DNA from: Acidimicrobiia bacterium
GTDB lineage: Bacteria > Actinomycetota > Acidimicrobiia > Acidimicrobiales > VFJN01
Direction: 5' to 3'
Length of the DNA: 37,773 nt
Assembly: GCA_050247895.1 (NCBI GenBank)
Contig: JBFWTJ010000002.1
Location: forward strand, 1 to 37,773
Shown in pieces: positions 25,919 to 36,389 of the stretch. A program made the translations under genes and the position numbers. The stretch's first letter is position 1, and each line of letters begins with the position of its first letter. The notes beneath the pieces were generated by a model. It saw only the letters and a program-made list of their open reading frames with translations, had not been told where the DNA came from and made no database searches.

Positions 25919-26977
25919 TCAGAGCGTGCGTCGGGCCACCGTCGCGCAGGTCAGCGCGTCGAGCACCAGGACCTGGCGCGCCGACGTGCCCGTCGACAGG
26001 TGCACCTCCACCGCGACCCCGTCGAGGTCGGCCCGGCCGAGCAGCGTCCAGCCCGATCCGACACGAGCGGCGCATGCAGCCGCCGCCGTGGAGGTGAGGG
26101 CCTCGCCGTCCTCGGAGGCCACGCCGCCGGCGCCGGTCGCGGCATCGGGTGGGACGGCCCCGACCGCGTCGAGCAGGTCGTCGGCGTCGGCGAAGGTCCC
26201 CAGCGCCGCTGCGCCGTCGTCGTTCGAGGACGCCTCGCCCGTGCTGCCCTCCGGGGCCGCCGCGGTGGCGTCGAGGGCCTCCTCCCGCGCCGCGCCGCCG
26301 GCAGCCGAGCCACCGCTGGCCGAGTCAGCCGCGGCCCCGGCCGACTCGGCGGCGGTCTCGCGCCCGTCGCCGCCGCGGTCGAGCAGCGGCACGGCCAGGG
26401 CCACGAGGGCCAGCACCGCGGCGACGCCCGCCACCCAGCGCAGGTCGAGGCTCCCGGGCCACCCCCGCCGGGCCAGCGGGACGACGACGCCGTCGCCGGC
26501 CTCCTGGCCGGAGGTGCCGACCGCGCCGATGGTCGTGCCGGGCGCACCCGCACCGGTCGTGGCGCCGGACCCGTCCAGGTCGGCGGGAGCGTCCCCCGCC
26601 GGTGCACCGCGGTGCGACCGGGTGGCCGGAGCGTCGGTCCCGGGGATGCCGTCGCCCGCGTCGGCTCGGGCGGTCCGGAGCTTCCCGTCGCCCGCGTCGG
26701 CCGGCACGGGCGCGGGGGAGGTCCTGCCGTCCGAGCCGGTCCGGCCGTCGACCGGACCCGCCGTCGCGGCCAGCGCGGCGGCGATGGCCTGCTCGCGGGC
26801 GCTGTCGTCGTGGTCGACCGGCGGCAGCGAGCGCAGGGCCGCGGCGACCGCCCGCATCGCCGCGACGCGGGCGAGCAGGTCGTCGTCGGCTTCCACCGCG
26901 GCCGCCTCCTCCGCGCTCAGCGCGCCGTCGAGGTAGGCCGAGGCGAGCTCGTCTCTCGGGTCGAGGTCGTCGTTCAT
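25919..26977 (-). CDS. anti-sigma factor (single-pass, Ala/Gly/Asp-rich), partner of the upstream ECF sigma
   Basis: ATG 26975-26977 overlaps the sigma TGA (ATGA). MNDDLDPRDELASAYLDGALSAEEAAAVEADDDLLARVAAMRAV is a typical anti-sigma N-terminal helix region. TM helix WVAGVAAVLALVALAVPLL. Confidence 0.7.
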   Translation of the reverse strand: MNDDLDPRDELASAYLDGALSAEEAAAVEADDDLLARVAAMRAVAAALRSLPPVDHDDSAREQAIAAALAATAGPVDGRTGSDGRTSPAPVPADAGDGKLRTARADAGDGIPGTDAPATRSHRGAPAGDAPADLDGSGATTGAGAPGTTIGAVGTSGQEAGDGVVVPLARRGWPGSLDLRWVAGVAAVLALVALAVPLLDRGGDGRETAAESAGAAADSASGGSAAGGAAREEALDATAAAPEGSTGEASSNDDGAAALGTFADADDLLDAVGAVPPDAATGAGGVASEDGEALTSTAAAACAARVGSGWTLLGRADLDGVAVEVHLSTGTSARQVLVLDALTCATVARRTL

Positions 26978-27563
26978 GGGCGTTCGTTCTGACGTCGGGG
27001 AGGGGTCGGCGGGTTCCCGGCGGCCAGGTGCCGGGACAGCTGGGCCCGGCCCCGGGCGATGCGCGACCGCACGGTGCCGGGCGGGATGTCCAGGACCTCG
27101 CCGATCTCGGCGTAGTCGAGGTCGCACAGGTCGCGCAGCACCACCGCGACCCGGAAGTCGTCGGGCAGCTCGGCCAGCGCCCGCCGCACGTCGATCCGGT
27201 CGGCGACCCCGTCGGGCCCCGGCGCCACCCCGGACGGTCCCACGAGCGGCCAGTCCTCGGTGGCCCGGGGCTCGGGCCGCCGTCGCCGGCGGCGCAGCTC
27301 GTCGAGGCAGGCGTTGGTCGCGATCCGGTAGGTCCAGGTGGAGAAGGCCGAGCGCCCGTCGAAGCGGTCCAGGCCGCGCACGATGGCCACCAGGGCGTCC
27401 TGGGTCGCGTCGTCGGCGTCGGCGTCGTTGCCGCACACCCGCCGGCACAGGGCGCGGATGCGGTCGTGGTGCCGCCGCAGCAGCACTTCGAGGGCACGGC
27501 GGTCGCCCTGGCGCGCCGCGGCCACCAGGGCGCGGTCGTCCAGGGCCGAGGTCCGCGGGTCGG

Positions 27564-27567
<4 letters not shown>
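26974..27567 (-). CDS. ECF RNA polymerase sigma factor (SigM-like by position next to trxB/trxA)
   Basis: 197 aa from GTG 27565-27567. Region 2 DDATQDALVAIVRGLDRFDGRSAFSTWTYRIATNACLDELRRR; region 4 LPDDFRVAVVLRDLCDLDYAEIGEVLDIPPGTVRSRIARGRAQL. The GTG overlaps the kinase TGA (GTGA). Confidence 0.9.
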
Positions 27568-29216
<1,649 letters not shown>

Positions 29217-29252
29217 CCGGCCCGCCGGCCGGTCCCGCCGCTCGGGACGGGC

Positions 29253-30095
29253 TCAGGGGCCGGCGAGCCAGGTGACGCCCATGACCCGGGGACCGCCGTG
29301 GGTGGCGATGACCGGCCCGATCGTGGCCACGCGGACCTGGTCGGGCCCGACGCGGGGCGAGAGCAGCTCGAGCATCTCGTCGGCGTCGGGGGCAAGGCCG
29401 TGGGCCAGGCACACCTCGTCCAGGACGGGCTCGGCGAACACCCGGTCGCGCAGGGCCTCGAGCGCCTTGCGCCGGGTGCGGGCCTTGCCCGCCTCGCGGA
29501 CCGTGCCGTCGGACAGGTCGAGGATCGGCTTGATCGACAGGAGCGACCCGAGCAGTGCCTGGGCGCCACCGATCCGCCCGCCCTTCTTCAGGTTGTCCAG
29601 CGTGTCCAGGGCCCCGAACACCCGGGTCCGGGCGACCAGGCCCTCGACCAGGGCGACGACCTCGTCGGCGCTGGCCCCGTCGGCCGCGGCCCGTGCCGCC
29701 CGCAGGACCTGGGTGCCCAGGCCGGTGGTGATGGAGCGGGAGTCGACGACCCGGACGTCGAGGGTGCCCTCCAGGGCCCGGGCCGCGTTGCGCGCCGACT
29801 GCATCGTGGCCGACAGGTCCGACGAGATGTCGATGCAGACGACGGCGTCGGCACCCGCCTCGGCCTGCCGGCGGAAGGCGGCCTCGAACTTCCCCGGCGC
29901 CGGTGCGGCGGTCTCGGGCAGGTCGGGGGAGCCGGCCATGCGCCGGTAGAACTCGGCCGGGCTCAGCTCGGTGCGGTCCTCGAGCTCGTCGGCCCCGAAG
30001 CGGATGGTCAGCGGCACGACCTCGATGCCGTGCTCGGCGGCGACGGCCTCGTCGATGTCGCTCGAGCTGTCGGTGACGATCCTGACCCCGGCCAT
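29253..30095 (-). CDS. DegV family fatty-acid-binding protein
   Basis: 280 aa; RIVTDSSSDI, TAAPAPGKF, CIDISSDLSATMQSA, GRIGGAQALLGSLLSIKPIL. Confidence 0.9.
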   Translation of the reverse strand: MAGVRIVTDSSSDIDEAVAAEHGIEVVPLTIRFGADELEDRTELSPAEFYRRMAGSPDLPETAAPAPGKFEAAFRRQAEAGADAVVCIDISSDLSATMQSARNAARALEGTLDVRVVDSRSITTGLGTQVLRAARAAADGASADEVVALVEGLVARTRVFGALDTLDNLKKGGRIGGAQALLGSLLSIKPILDLSDGTVREAGKARTRRKALEALRDRVFAEPVLDEVCLAHGLAPDADEMLELLSPRVGPDQVRVATIGPVIATHGGPRVMGVTWLAGP

Positions 30096-30177
30096 CGGCG
30101 GACCCTACAACCCGGCGGCATCCGGCTCGTGGCTCCCGGACCCGTCCCCGGCGGGCGCGCCGCAGCGTCGCCGAGGC

Positions 30178-32322
30178 TCAGTCCTGGCTGGCGTGGCGGG
30201 GGACCAGGCGCCGGCTGCGGCGGGCCCGGCGCCAGTGCGCGGCCCACCAAAGGGCGAGGAAGGCGCCGGCACCGATGGACAGGACCAGGCCGACCCCCGA
30301 CACCGCGGTGGACTGGACGGTGAAGCGCGTCCGGTCCAGGGCCAGGCTCCCGTCGGGGGAGGTGACCGACACGTCCAGCGGGAACGCCCCCGAGCCGAAG
30401 ACCCGCACCGCGATGTCGATCCGGGTGATCTCCTCGTCGAGGACCACGGTCAGGTCGTGGCCGTCAGGGAACTCCAGGCGCGAGCTCTCGAGCTCGACGC
30501 GCACCGTGACGGGGTGGTCGGTGGTGCGGCGCAGGGTGAGCGGCACCGTGCCCGACCTCGCCGTCAGCGTGACGCGGCCGCCCTCGGGCAGCTCGACGGT
30601 GGAGGCCAGGCGCTCCGACTCGGCCAGCACGACGTCGAGGTGGGCCTGGCGGGTCCGCGCTCCGAGGCCGTCGGCCAGGGCCACGGCCAGGTGCCGGCCG
30701 TAGGGGTGGACCCGTGGGTCGTCGGGGCCGACCATCGAGGTGAACCCGGCCAGCGCGTCCTGGGCCGAGCCGAGGCGGGCCGCGAGCCGCAGGCCGATGG
30801 GGTCGGAGACCTGGGCCGGGGCGAGCTCGGCGGGGATGGGCTCGCCCGACGGGTCGGTGTCGACCTCGACGGTGTCCAACAGGTCGCCCAACGTCGTCGG
30901 GCGGAGGATGCCGGGCGCGTCGAGCTGGTCGAGCAGGGCCGTGACGACCTCGGGGTCGTCCCGCGGGTCGACGACCAGGACCACGCCGCGGCCCGCCGCG
31001 GCCCGGTCCCGCCAGGTCACCGCCAGCGAGGCGACGGCCCGCTGGGCCCGCAGCGCGGGCTCGTCGTCGCCCTCGAGCAGGGCGGTCACCTCGGTGGCGG
31101 GCACCGCCGCCTCGACGGTGGCGTCGCTGCCGTCGTCCACCTCCAGGGAGAGCGTGCGGGTCGGGTCGACCTGGCGCGCCGACGTGACCAGGTCCTCGGC
31201 CGCCACGACCAGGCCGGTGGTGCCCTCGGCCCGCAGCAGGCGCAGGCCCGAGGCCGACAGGGAGCCGGGCCGGGCCAGCCAGGCGCCGTGGTCGGGGGGC
31301 AGGCCGAGCTCGGAGCCGAGCAGGTCGTCGCCCCGGTCGAGCAGGGCGGTCAGCTCGTGGCCCAGCCCGGCCGCGGCCAGCGCCGCCGGCGACACGTCGA
31401 CGTAGGGGCGCGACAGGACCTCGCGACCCTGGGCCGCGCCGCGCAGGGCGTCGAGCGCGGCCAGGCCGGCCTGGCTGGTGGGCAGCACCTCGAGGAGCTC
31501 GGGCGTGACGGCGAGCGTGGCGGGGGTCGACGACGCGGCGAGCGCCCCGGCCGCGGCGGCGGTGGCCGAGACCTCGGCGTCGGTCAGGCGGACCTGGCCG
31601 TCGGGCTCGAGGTGGGGGGCCGAGGACAGGTCGGCCACCACGGCGACGGCCAGGGGCGCGCCGGTGGCCGGGTCGTCGGGCAGGACCACCATGTAGGTCA
31701 ACAGCGAGGCCAGCACCGCGCTGGCCGTCTCGACGCGGACCTCGACCGGGTACGTGCGCCCCGGCGTGAGGGCGATGGCGCCGGCGACCTCGGGCGACCC
31801 GCCCGCCCGGGCCAGGGTCAGCGAGGCGGTGCGGGCTCCCGTGGCGTCGGTGGCCAGCGTGGAGAGGACCACGCCCGAGCTCGAGAAGATGGCGTTGCCC
31901 AGGGATCCGCCGTCCAGCGTCGCGGCGAACGCCGGGGCCGAGGCGATCCGGGGGTGCACGACGAAGCGCAGGTAGCTGTCGGTCGGGACCCCCTCGGTGC
32001 GGACCCGGACCGACCACGTGCCGCCGCGGCCCACCGCCGGGGTCTGGCCGGCGAGCTCGATCGACGGCGCCGCCTGCGCGGCCCGGTCGACCGATCCCGT
32101 CACCGGACCGGGGGCGGCGCGGTCGGCGGCCGCGGTCGGTCCGGTCACGGCCACGAGCAGGACGGCCAGCAGCGCGGCGATCCACCCGCGCCGGGGAGCC
32201 CGACGAGCTCGGGCCGTCGGGGGCGTCCGGCGGGCGGGCCACCCGGCCGGTGCCGGGGACCCGTGGGGCGGCGGGCCGAGGCCGGTGGTGCCGCGGCCGG
32301 GCGGTCGTGACGCGCCCGTCAC
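30178..32322 (-). CDS. large exported protein with N-terminal signal and C-terminal TM anchor (Rv3909-like / DUF6049-type, tentative)
   Basis: Signal-like RRGWIAALLAVLLVAVTGPTAAAD, about 650 aa Ala/Leu/Val-rich, then C-terminal TM GVGLVLSIGAGAFLALWWAAHW plus a basic tail. Start set at GTG 32320-32322, the only start downstream of the GNAT stop. Family assigned by architecture and synteny only. Confidence 0.65.
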   Translation of the reverse strand: MTGASRPPGRGTTGLGPPPHGSPAPAGWPARRTPPTARARRAPRRGWIAALLAVLLVAVTGPTAAADRAAPGPVTGSVDRAAQAAPSIELAGQTPAVGRGGTWSVRVRTEGVPTDSYLRFVVHPRIASAPAFAATLDGGSLGNAIFSSSGVVLSTLATDATGARTASLTLARAGGSPEVAGAIALTPGRTYPVEVRVETASAVLASLLTYMVVLPDDPATGAPLAVAVVADLSSAPHLEPDGQVRLTDAEVSATAAAAGALAASSTPATLAVTPELLEVLPTSQAGLAALDALRGAAQGREVLSRPYVDVSPAALAAAGLGHELTALLDRGDDLLGSELGLPPDHGAWLARPGSLSASGLRLLRAEGTTGLVVAAEDLVTSARQVDPTRTLSLEVDDGSDATVEAAVPATEVTALLEGDDEPALRAQRAVASLAVTWRDRAAAGRGVVLVVDPRDDPEVVTALLDQLDAPGILRPTTLGDLLDTVEVDTDPSGEPIPAELAPAQVSDPIGLRLAARLGSAQDALAGFTSMVGPDDPRVHPYGRHLAVALADGLGARTRQAHLDVVLAESERLASTVELPEGGRVTLTARSGTVPLTLRRTTDHPVTVRVELESSRLEFPDGHDLTVVLDEEITRIDIAVRVFGSGAFPLDVSVTSPDGSLALDRTRFTVQSTAVSGVGLVLSIGAGAFLALWWAAHWRRARRSRRLVPRHASQD

Positions 32323-32347
32323 GGCGAGCGCGGGGGTCCGGTCCGGG

Positions 32348-33064
32348 TCACCGCCCCACGGACCCCAGGGTCCGGCGCAGCACCGCGAGCCCGCCGGGCC
32401 GGAGCACGAAGCCGAGTCGCTGGTAGAGCTGGACCGCCCCGTCGTTGCCGACCTGGGTGTTGACCAGCACCTCATCGGCGCCGCGGCGCCGGAGCCAGCG
32501 CAGGCCGTCGAGGACCAGGGCCGCGCCCAGGCCCCGGCGCTGGGTGGCGGGGTCGACGGCCAGGCGTTGGAGGTAGCCGCGGCCCGCGGCCCGCCCGGTC
32601 ACGGCGAAGCCCTGGACCGTGCCGTCGATCTCGGCGACGCGGAACCGCGTCGCCGGGGTGGCGGCCACGGCGTCGTCCAGCCCGGCCTCGTCGAGGTGCC
32701 AGAACGGGGAGAAGGCGGCCTGGTCGACCTCGAGCACCCGGGGCCGGTCGGCCCGCCGGGCGCGGCGCAGCTCCGCCGGCGGTCCCTCGGGCACGGGGTC
32801 GGCCAGCGACCGTGCCAGCAGGTGGAGCCGCTCGTGGACGGCGAAGCCGCACTCGAGGAACGGCGCCTGCTCGGCCGGCGCCAGCGCGGCGGTGAGGACC
32901 TCGCGGTACCCGCCGCCGGCCAGGCGGTCGCAGCACCGCTGGACGGTCGACAGCGACAGGGGCCGGCCGGCCAGGGGGACGACCTGGGCCACGGTCGGGT
33001 CGCCGTGCCAGTCGCTGATCCTCAGCCGGTCGTCGGCGGGGTGTCGGGCTCGGAGACTGCTCAT
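32348..33064 (-). CDS. GNAT family N-acetyltransferase
   Basis: 238 aa from ATG 33062-33064. Acetyl-CoA motif LQRLAVDPATQRRGLGAALVLDGLRWLRRRG, then NDGAVQLYQRLGF. Confidence 0.8.
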   Translation of the reverse strand: MSSLRARHPADDRLRISDWHGDPTVAQVVPLAGRPLSLSTVQRCCDRLAGGGYREVLTAALAPAEQAPFLECGFAVHERLHLLARSLADPVPEGPPAELRRARRADRPRVLEVDQAAFSPFWHLDEAGLDDAVAATPATRFRVAEIDGTVQGFAVTGRAAGRGYLQRLAVDPATQRRGLGAALVLDGLRWLRRRGADEVLVNTQVGNDGAVQLYQRLGFVLRPGGLAVLRRTLGSVGR

Positions 33065-33245
33065 GCCGGCGCGCACCCCCTCCTTCCCTGACAGGCGACC
33101 GCCACAACGGTACTGAGCGGGGGTGCCGGCACCGGACTCCGCCCTGCCGCGCCCTGCCGCGCCGTCCGGACCCGCCCGGGTGCTGAAGTCGGCGCCGCGA
33201 TCGGCCGATGAGGAGAGGTCGGACCGAACGGAGGAGACCGCCGCC

Positions 33246-34310
33246 GTGGTCGAGCTCGAACAGCTCCTCAAGCACCTGGCCGCCGAGGGTGGCTCGGACC
33301 TGCACATCAAGCCCGGTTCCGCGCCCCGGATCCGGGTCGGGGGCCAGCTCTGCGCCACGCCGTTCCCGGCCCCCCGGCCCGAGGAGGTCGAGCCGCTGGC
33401 CCACGACGTGCTGCCCGCCGACCGCCGGGCCGAGCTGGAGCGCAACGGCCAGGCCGAGGTGGGCGTCAGCGTCCCGGGGCTGGGCCGCTTCCGGGTCCAC
33501 GTGCACCGTCAGCGCGGCTCGCTGGCGGTGAGCATCCGCCTCGTCGCCCCGGGGATCGTCGGCCTCGACGACCTGGGCCTGCCCCCCCAGGTGGCCCGCT
33601 TCGCCGACGAGGAGCGGGGCCTGGTCCTGGTCAGCGGGGGCAGCGGGTCCGGACGGTCGACCACCGTCGCCGGGCTGGTCGACCGCATCAACGAGCGCCG
33701 GGCCTGCCACATCCTGACCGTCGAGGACCCGATCGAGGTCCTGCACGCCGACAAGCTGGCGATCGTCACCCAGCGCGAGGTGGGCAGCGACACGCCGTCC
33801 TACGCCGAGGCCCTGCGGGGCGCGACCCGGGCCGACGCCGACGTGGTGGTCGTGGGCGACCTGCCCGACGAGGCGACCGCGGTGGCCGCGCTGGCGGTGG
33901 CCGAGGCCGGCCGGCTGGTCGTGGCCAGCATGCGGGGGGCCGGCGCGGCCGAGACGATCCACCGGCTGGTCGGCGTCTTCCCCGTCGACCGCCAGGCCCA
34001 GGCCCGCCAGCTCCTGGCCGGGGTCCTGCGCGGGGTGGTGAACCAGCGGCTGCTCGACCGGGCCGACGGCCGGGGCCGGGTCGCCGCGGTGGAGGTGCTC
34101 GTGGCCACGAGCAAGGTCGTCGACTGCGTGGCGGACGAGTCCCGCCACGGCGAGATCGACCGGCTCATCGCCGAGGGCCAGTACAACGGGATGCGGAGCA
34201 TGGACGACGCCCTGGTCGACCTGGTCCGCGACGGCGTGGTGGCCAGCCGGGACGCGCTCGCCGCGGCCGGGTCCTCCGAGGACCTCCGCTTCCGGCTCAG
34301 CGTGCTCTGA
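33246..34310 (+). CDS. PilT-like type IV pilus retraction ATPase homologue with degenerate catalytic motifs
   Basis: N-domain LLKHLAAEGGSDLHIKPGSAPRIRV; GRFRVHVHRQRGSLAVSIRL; Asp box ILTVEDPIE. Walker A reads GGSGSGRST. Start proposed at GTG 33246 (GGAGGAG 9 nt upstream); the ORF is open from 33123. Confidence 0.8.
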   Translation: MVELEQLLKHLAAEGGSDLHIKPGSAPRIRVGGQLCATPFPAPRPEEVEPLAHDVLPADRRAELERNGQAEVGVSVPGLGRFRVHVHRQRGSLAVSIRLVAPGIVGLDDLGLPPQVARFADEERGLVLVSGGSGSGRSTTVAGLVDRINERRACHILTVEDPIEVLHADKLAIVTQREVGSDTPSYAEALRGATRADADVVVVGDLPDEATAVAALAVAEAGRLVVASMRGAGAAETIHRLVGVFPVDRQAQARQLLAGVLRGVVNQRLLDRADGRGRVAAVEVLVATSKVVDCVADESRHGEIDRLIAEGQYNGMRSMDDALVDLVRDGVVASRDALAAAGSSEDLRFRLSVL

Positions 34311-34446
34311 GCCCGGCCGGCGCCGCGGGGCCCGGGCCGCACGCCGTGCGGCCGGCCCGGCTCCGTCGGCCCGCCACCCGGCAGGGCGCCGCGCCGCCGT
34401 GGGAACCGAGGTCCGTCCGGCACCGACCGCTCACTAGCCTCGCGCG

Positions 34447-35847
34447 GTGCTCCCCGAGCGGCTCACGCCGATCCTCGACGTCGTCCGGCCGCTGGCCGGG
34501 GCCCTCGACCGCCGCGGCCACCGGACCTACCTGGTCGGCGGCATCGTGCGGGACCTGGTCCTGGGTCGCCCGCTGTCGGGCGACCTGGACCTGACCACCG
34601 ACGCCCGGCCCGACCAGGTCAAGGCCGCGCTGGCCGGCTGGGCCGACGCCGTGTGGGACCAGGGCGAGCGCTTCGGCACCGTGGGCGCCCGCCGGGGCGA
34701 CGCCATCGTGGAGATCACCACCCACCGCAGCGAGGCCTACGCGCCCGGGTCGCGCAAGCCCGAGGTCGCCTACTCCGAGCGGATCGAGGACGACCTGTCC
34801 CGGCGCGACTTCACCGTCAACGCCATGGCCCTGCGGGTGACCGGCGAGGCGGCGGGGGATCCGGAGCTGATCGACCCCTACGACGGGGTGGGCGACCTCG
34901 CCACGGGCGTGCTGCGCACCCCGTCGGGCCCCGAGGTCTCCTTCGGCGACGACCCCCTGCGGATGCTGCGCGCGGCCCGCTTCATCGCCGGCTACGGGTT
35001 GGCCCCCACGCCCGACCTGGTCGCCGCGGTGGAGGCGATGGCCCCCCGGCTGGAGATCGTGTCGGCCGAGCGTATCCGCGACGAGCTGTCCAAGCTCATG
35101 GTCGTGGCCGACCCCAGCCCGGGCCTCTGGTTCCTGGTCGACACCGGCCTGGCCGAGCTGTTCCTGCCCGAGCTCCCGGCCATGCGGGTCGAGCAGGACC
35201 CCATCCACCGCCACAAGGACGTGCTGGCCCACACGGTGGCCGTGGTGGCCAAGACCGGGCCCGACCTGGTGCTGCGCCTCGCCGCGCTGCTCCACGACGT
35301 GGGCAAGCCCAAGACGCGCTCGATCGGTCCCCGGGGCGTCTCGTTCCACCACCACGAGGTGGTCGGCGCCCGGATGGCCCGCGACCGGCTGCGGGCGCTG
35401 CGGTTCCCCAACGACCAGGTGGAGGACGTCACCGCGCTCGTGTACCTGCACCTGCGGTTCCACGGCTACGGCGACGACGTGTGGACCGACGCGGCCGTGC
35501 GGCGCTACGTGCGCGACGCCGGCCCGCTCTTGGACCGGCTCAACGAGCTGACCCGGTGCGACTGCACCACCCGCAACGAGCGCAAGGCCCGGCAGCTGGC
35601 CGCCCGCATGGACGCCCTGGAGGGTCGCATCGCCGAGCTCCAGGCCCAGGAGGAGCTCGACGCCATCCGGGCCGACCTGGACGGCCGCCGGATCATGGAC
35701 CACCTCGGCGTCCCGCCCGGGCCGGTGGTCGGCGAGGCGCTGGCCATGCTGCTCGAGGCCCGGCTGGACGAGGGCCCGCTGGGCGAGGAGGAGGCCCTGC
35801 GCCGGCTCGACGCCTGGTGGGCCGCCCGGACCCGGTCCGGTTCGTGA
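34447..35847 (+). CDS. cca: CCA tRNA nucleotidyltransferase / PcnA-type with HD domain
   Basis: LVGGIVRDLVLGRPLSGDLDLTT, RRDFTVNAMAL, HRHKDVLAHT, LLHDVGKP. GTG start. Confidence 0.9.
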   Translation: MLPERLTPILDVVRPLAGALDRRGHRTYLVGGIVRDLVLGRPLSGDLDLTTDARPDQVKAALAGWADAVWDQGERFGTVGARRGDAIVEITTHRSEAYAPGSRKPEVAYSERIEDDLSRRDFTVNAMALRVTGEAAGDPELIDPYDGVGDLATGVLRTPSGPEVSFGDDPLRMLRAARFIAGYGLAPTPDLVAAVEAMAPRLEIVSAERIRDELSKLMVVADPSPGLWFLVDTGLAELFLPELPAMRVEQDPIHRHKDVLAHTVAVVAKTGPDLVLRLAALLHDVGKPKTRSIGPRGVSFHHHEVVGARMARDRLRALRFPNDQVEDVTALVYLHLRFHGYGDDVWTDAAVRRYVRDAGPLLDRLNELTRCDCTTRNERKARQLAARMDALEGRIAELQAQEELDAIRADLDGRRIMDHLGVPPGPVVGEALAMLLEARLDEGPLGEEEALRRLDAWWAARTRSGS

Positions 35848-35887
35848 CAGGATCGCCGGATCCAACCGTGCGCGAGGAGGCCCCGCC

Positions 35888-36370
35888 ATGCCCCTGTCCG
35901 TGGGTGACCGCATCCCCGACGTCCCGCTGACCAAGGCCACGCCCGACGGCCCCAAGCCGGTGTCGAGCACCGAGGCGCTGGGCTCGGGCAAGGTCGTGCT
36001 GTTCGCCGTCCCCGGCGCCTTCACGCCGACCTGCAGCGACCACCACCTCCCCGGCTTCGTGCTCCGCCACGACGAGATCCTGGCCAAGGGCGTCGACAAG
36101 ATCGCCTGCGTGTCGGTCAACGACGCCTTCGTGATGGGGGCCTGGGGCGCGTCGCAGGAGGTGGGCGACGCGGTCGAGCTGCTCGCCGACGGCAGCGGCG
36201 AGTTCGCCCGGGCGGCCGACCTGGTGCTGGACCTGAGCGGCGCCGGGCTGGGCCTGCGCTCGCGGCGCTACGCCGCGATCCTCGAGGGCGGCGTGGTCAC
36301 CTCGCTGTTCCTGGAGGAGGGCGGCCAGCTGGAGAACAGCTCGGCCGACAAGGTGTTGGCCGCCCTGTAG
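35888..36370 (+). CDS. peroxiredoxin (Prx5 subfamily)
   Basis: ATG 35888 with GAGGAGG upstream. VLFAVPGAFTPTCS carries the peroxidatic Cys motif; 160 aa. Confidence 0.9.
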   Translation: MPLSVGDRIPDVPLTKATPDGPKPVSSTEALGSGKVVLFAVPGAFTPTCSDHHLPGFVLRHDEILAKGVDKIACVSVNDAFVMGAWGASQEVGDAVELLADGSGEFARAADLVLDLSGAGLGLRSRRYAAILEGGVVTSLFLEEGGQLENSSADKVLAAL

Positions 36371-36386
36371 GCCCGGCCGGCCGGGC
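36371..36386. terminator. 16-nt GC palindrome in the 19-nt gap between convergent peroxiredoxin and lipase genes
   Basis: GCCCGGCCGGCCGGGC is self-complementary (6-bp stem, CCGG loop). There is no T-tract. Confidence 0.35.
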
Positions 36387-36389
36387 GGC

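Noticed and set aside
32323-32475. Start of the Rv3909-like gene at 32475
   Set aside because: It would overlap the GNAT gene by 128 nt, and the added residues are Ser/Arg/Gly/Pro-rich. GTG 32322 precedes the signal-like segment.
33123-33245. PilT-like gene starting at GTG 33123
   Set aside because: The extra 41 aa are Pro/Ala/Arg-rich with no PilT counterpart. GTG 33246 has a GGAGGAG site and places the SDLH motif at the usual distance from the N-terminus. It is retained as an alternative only.
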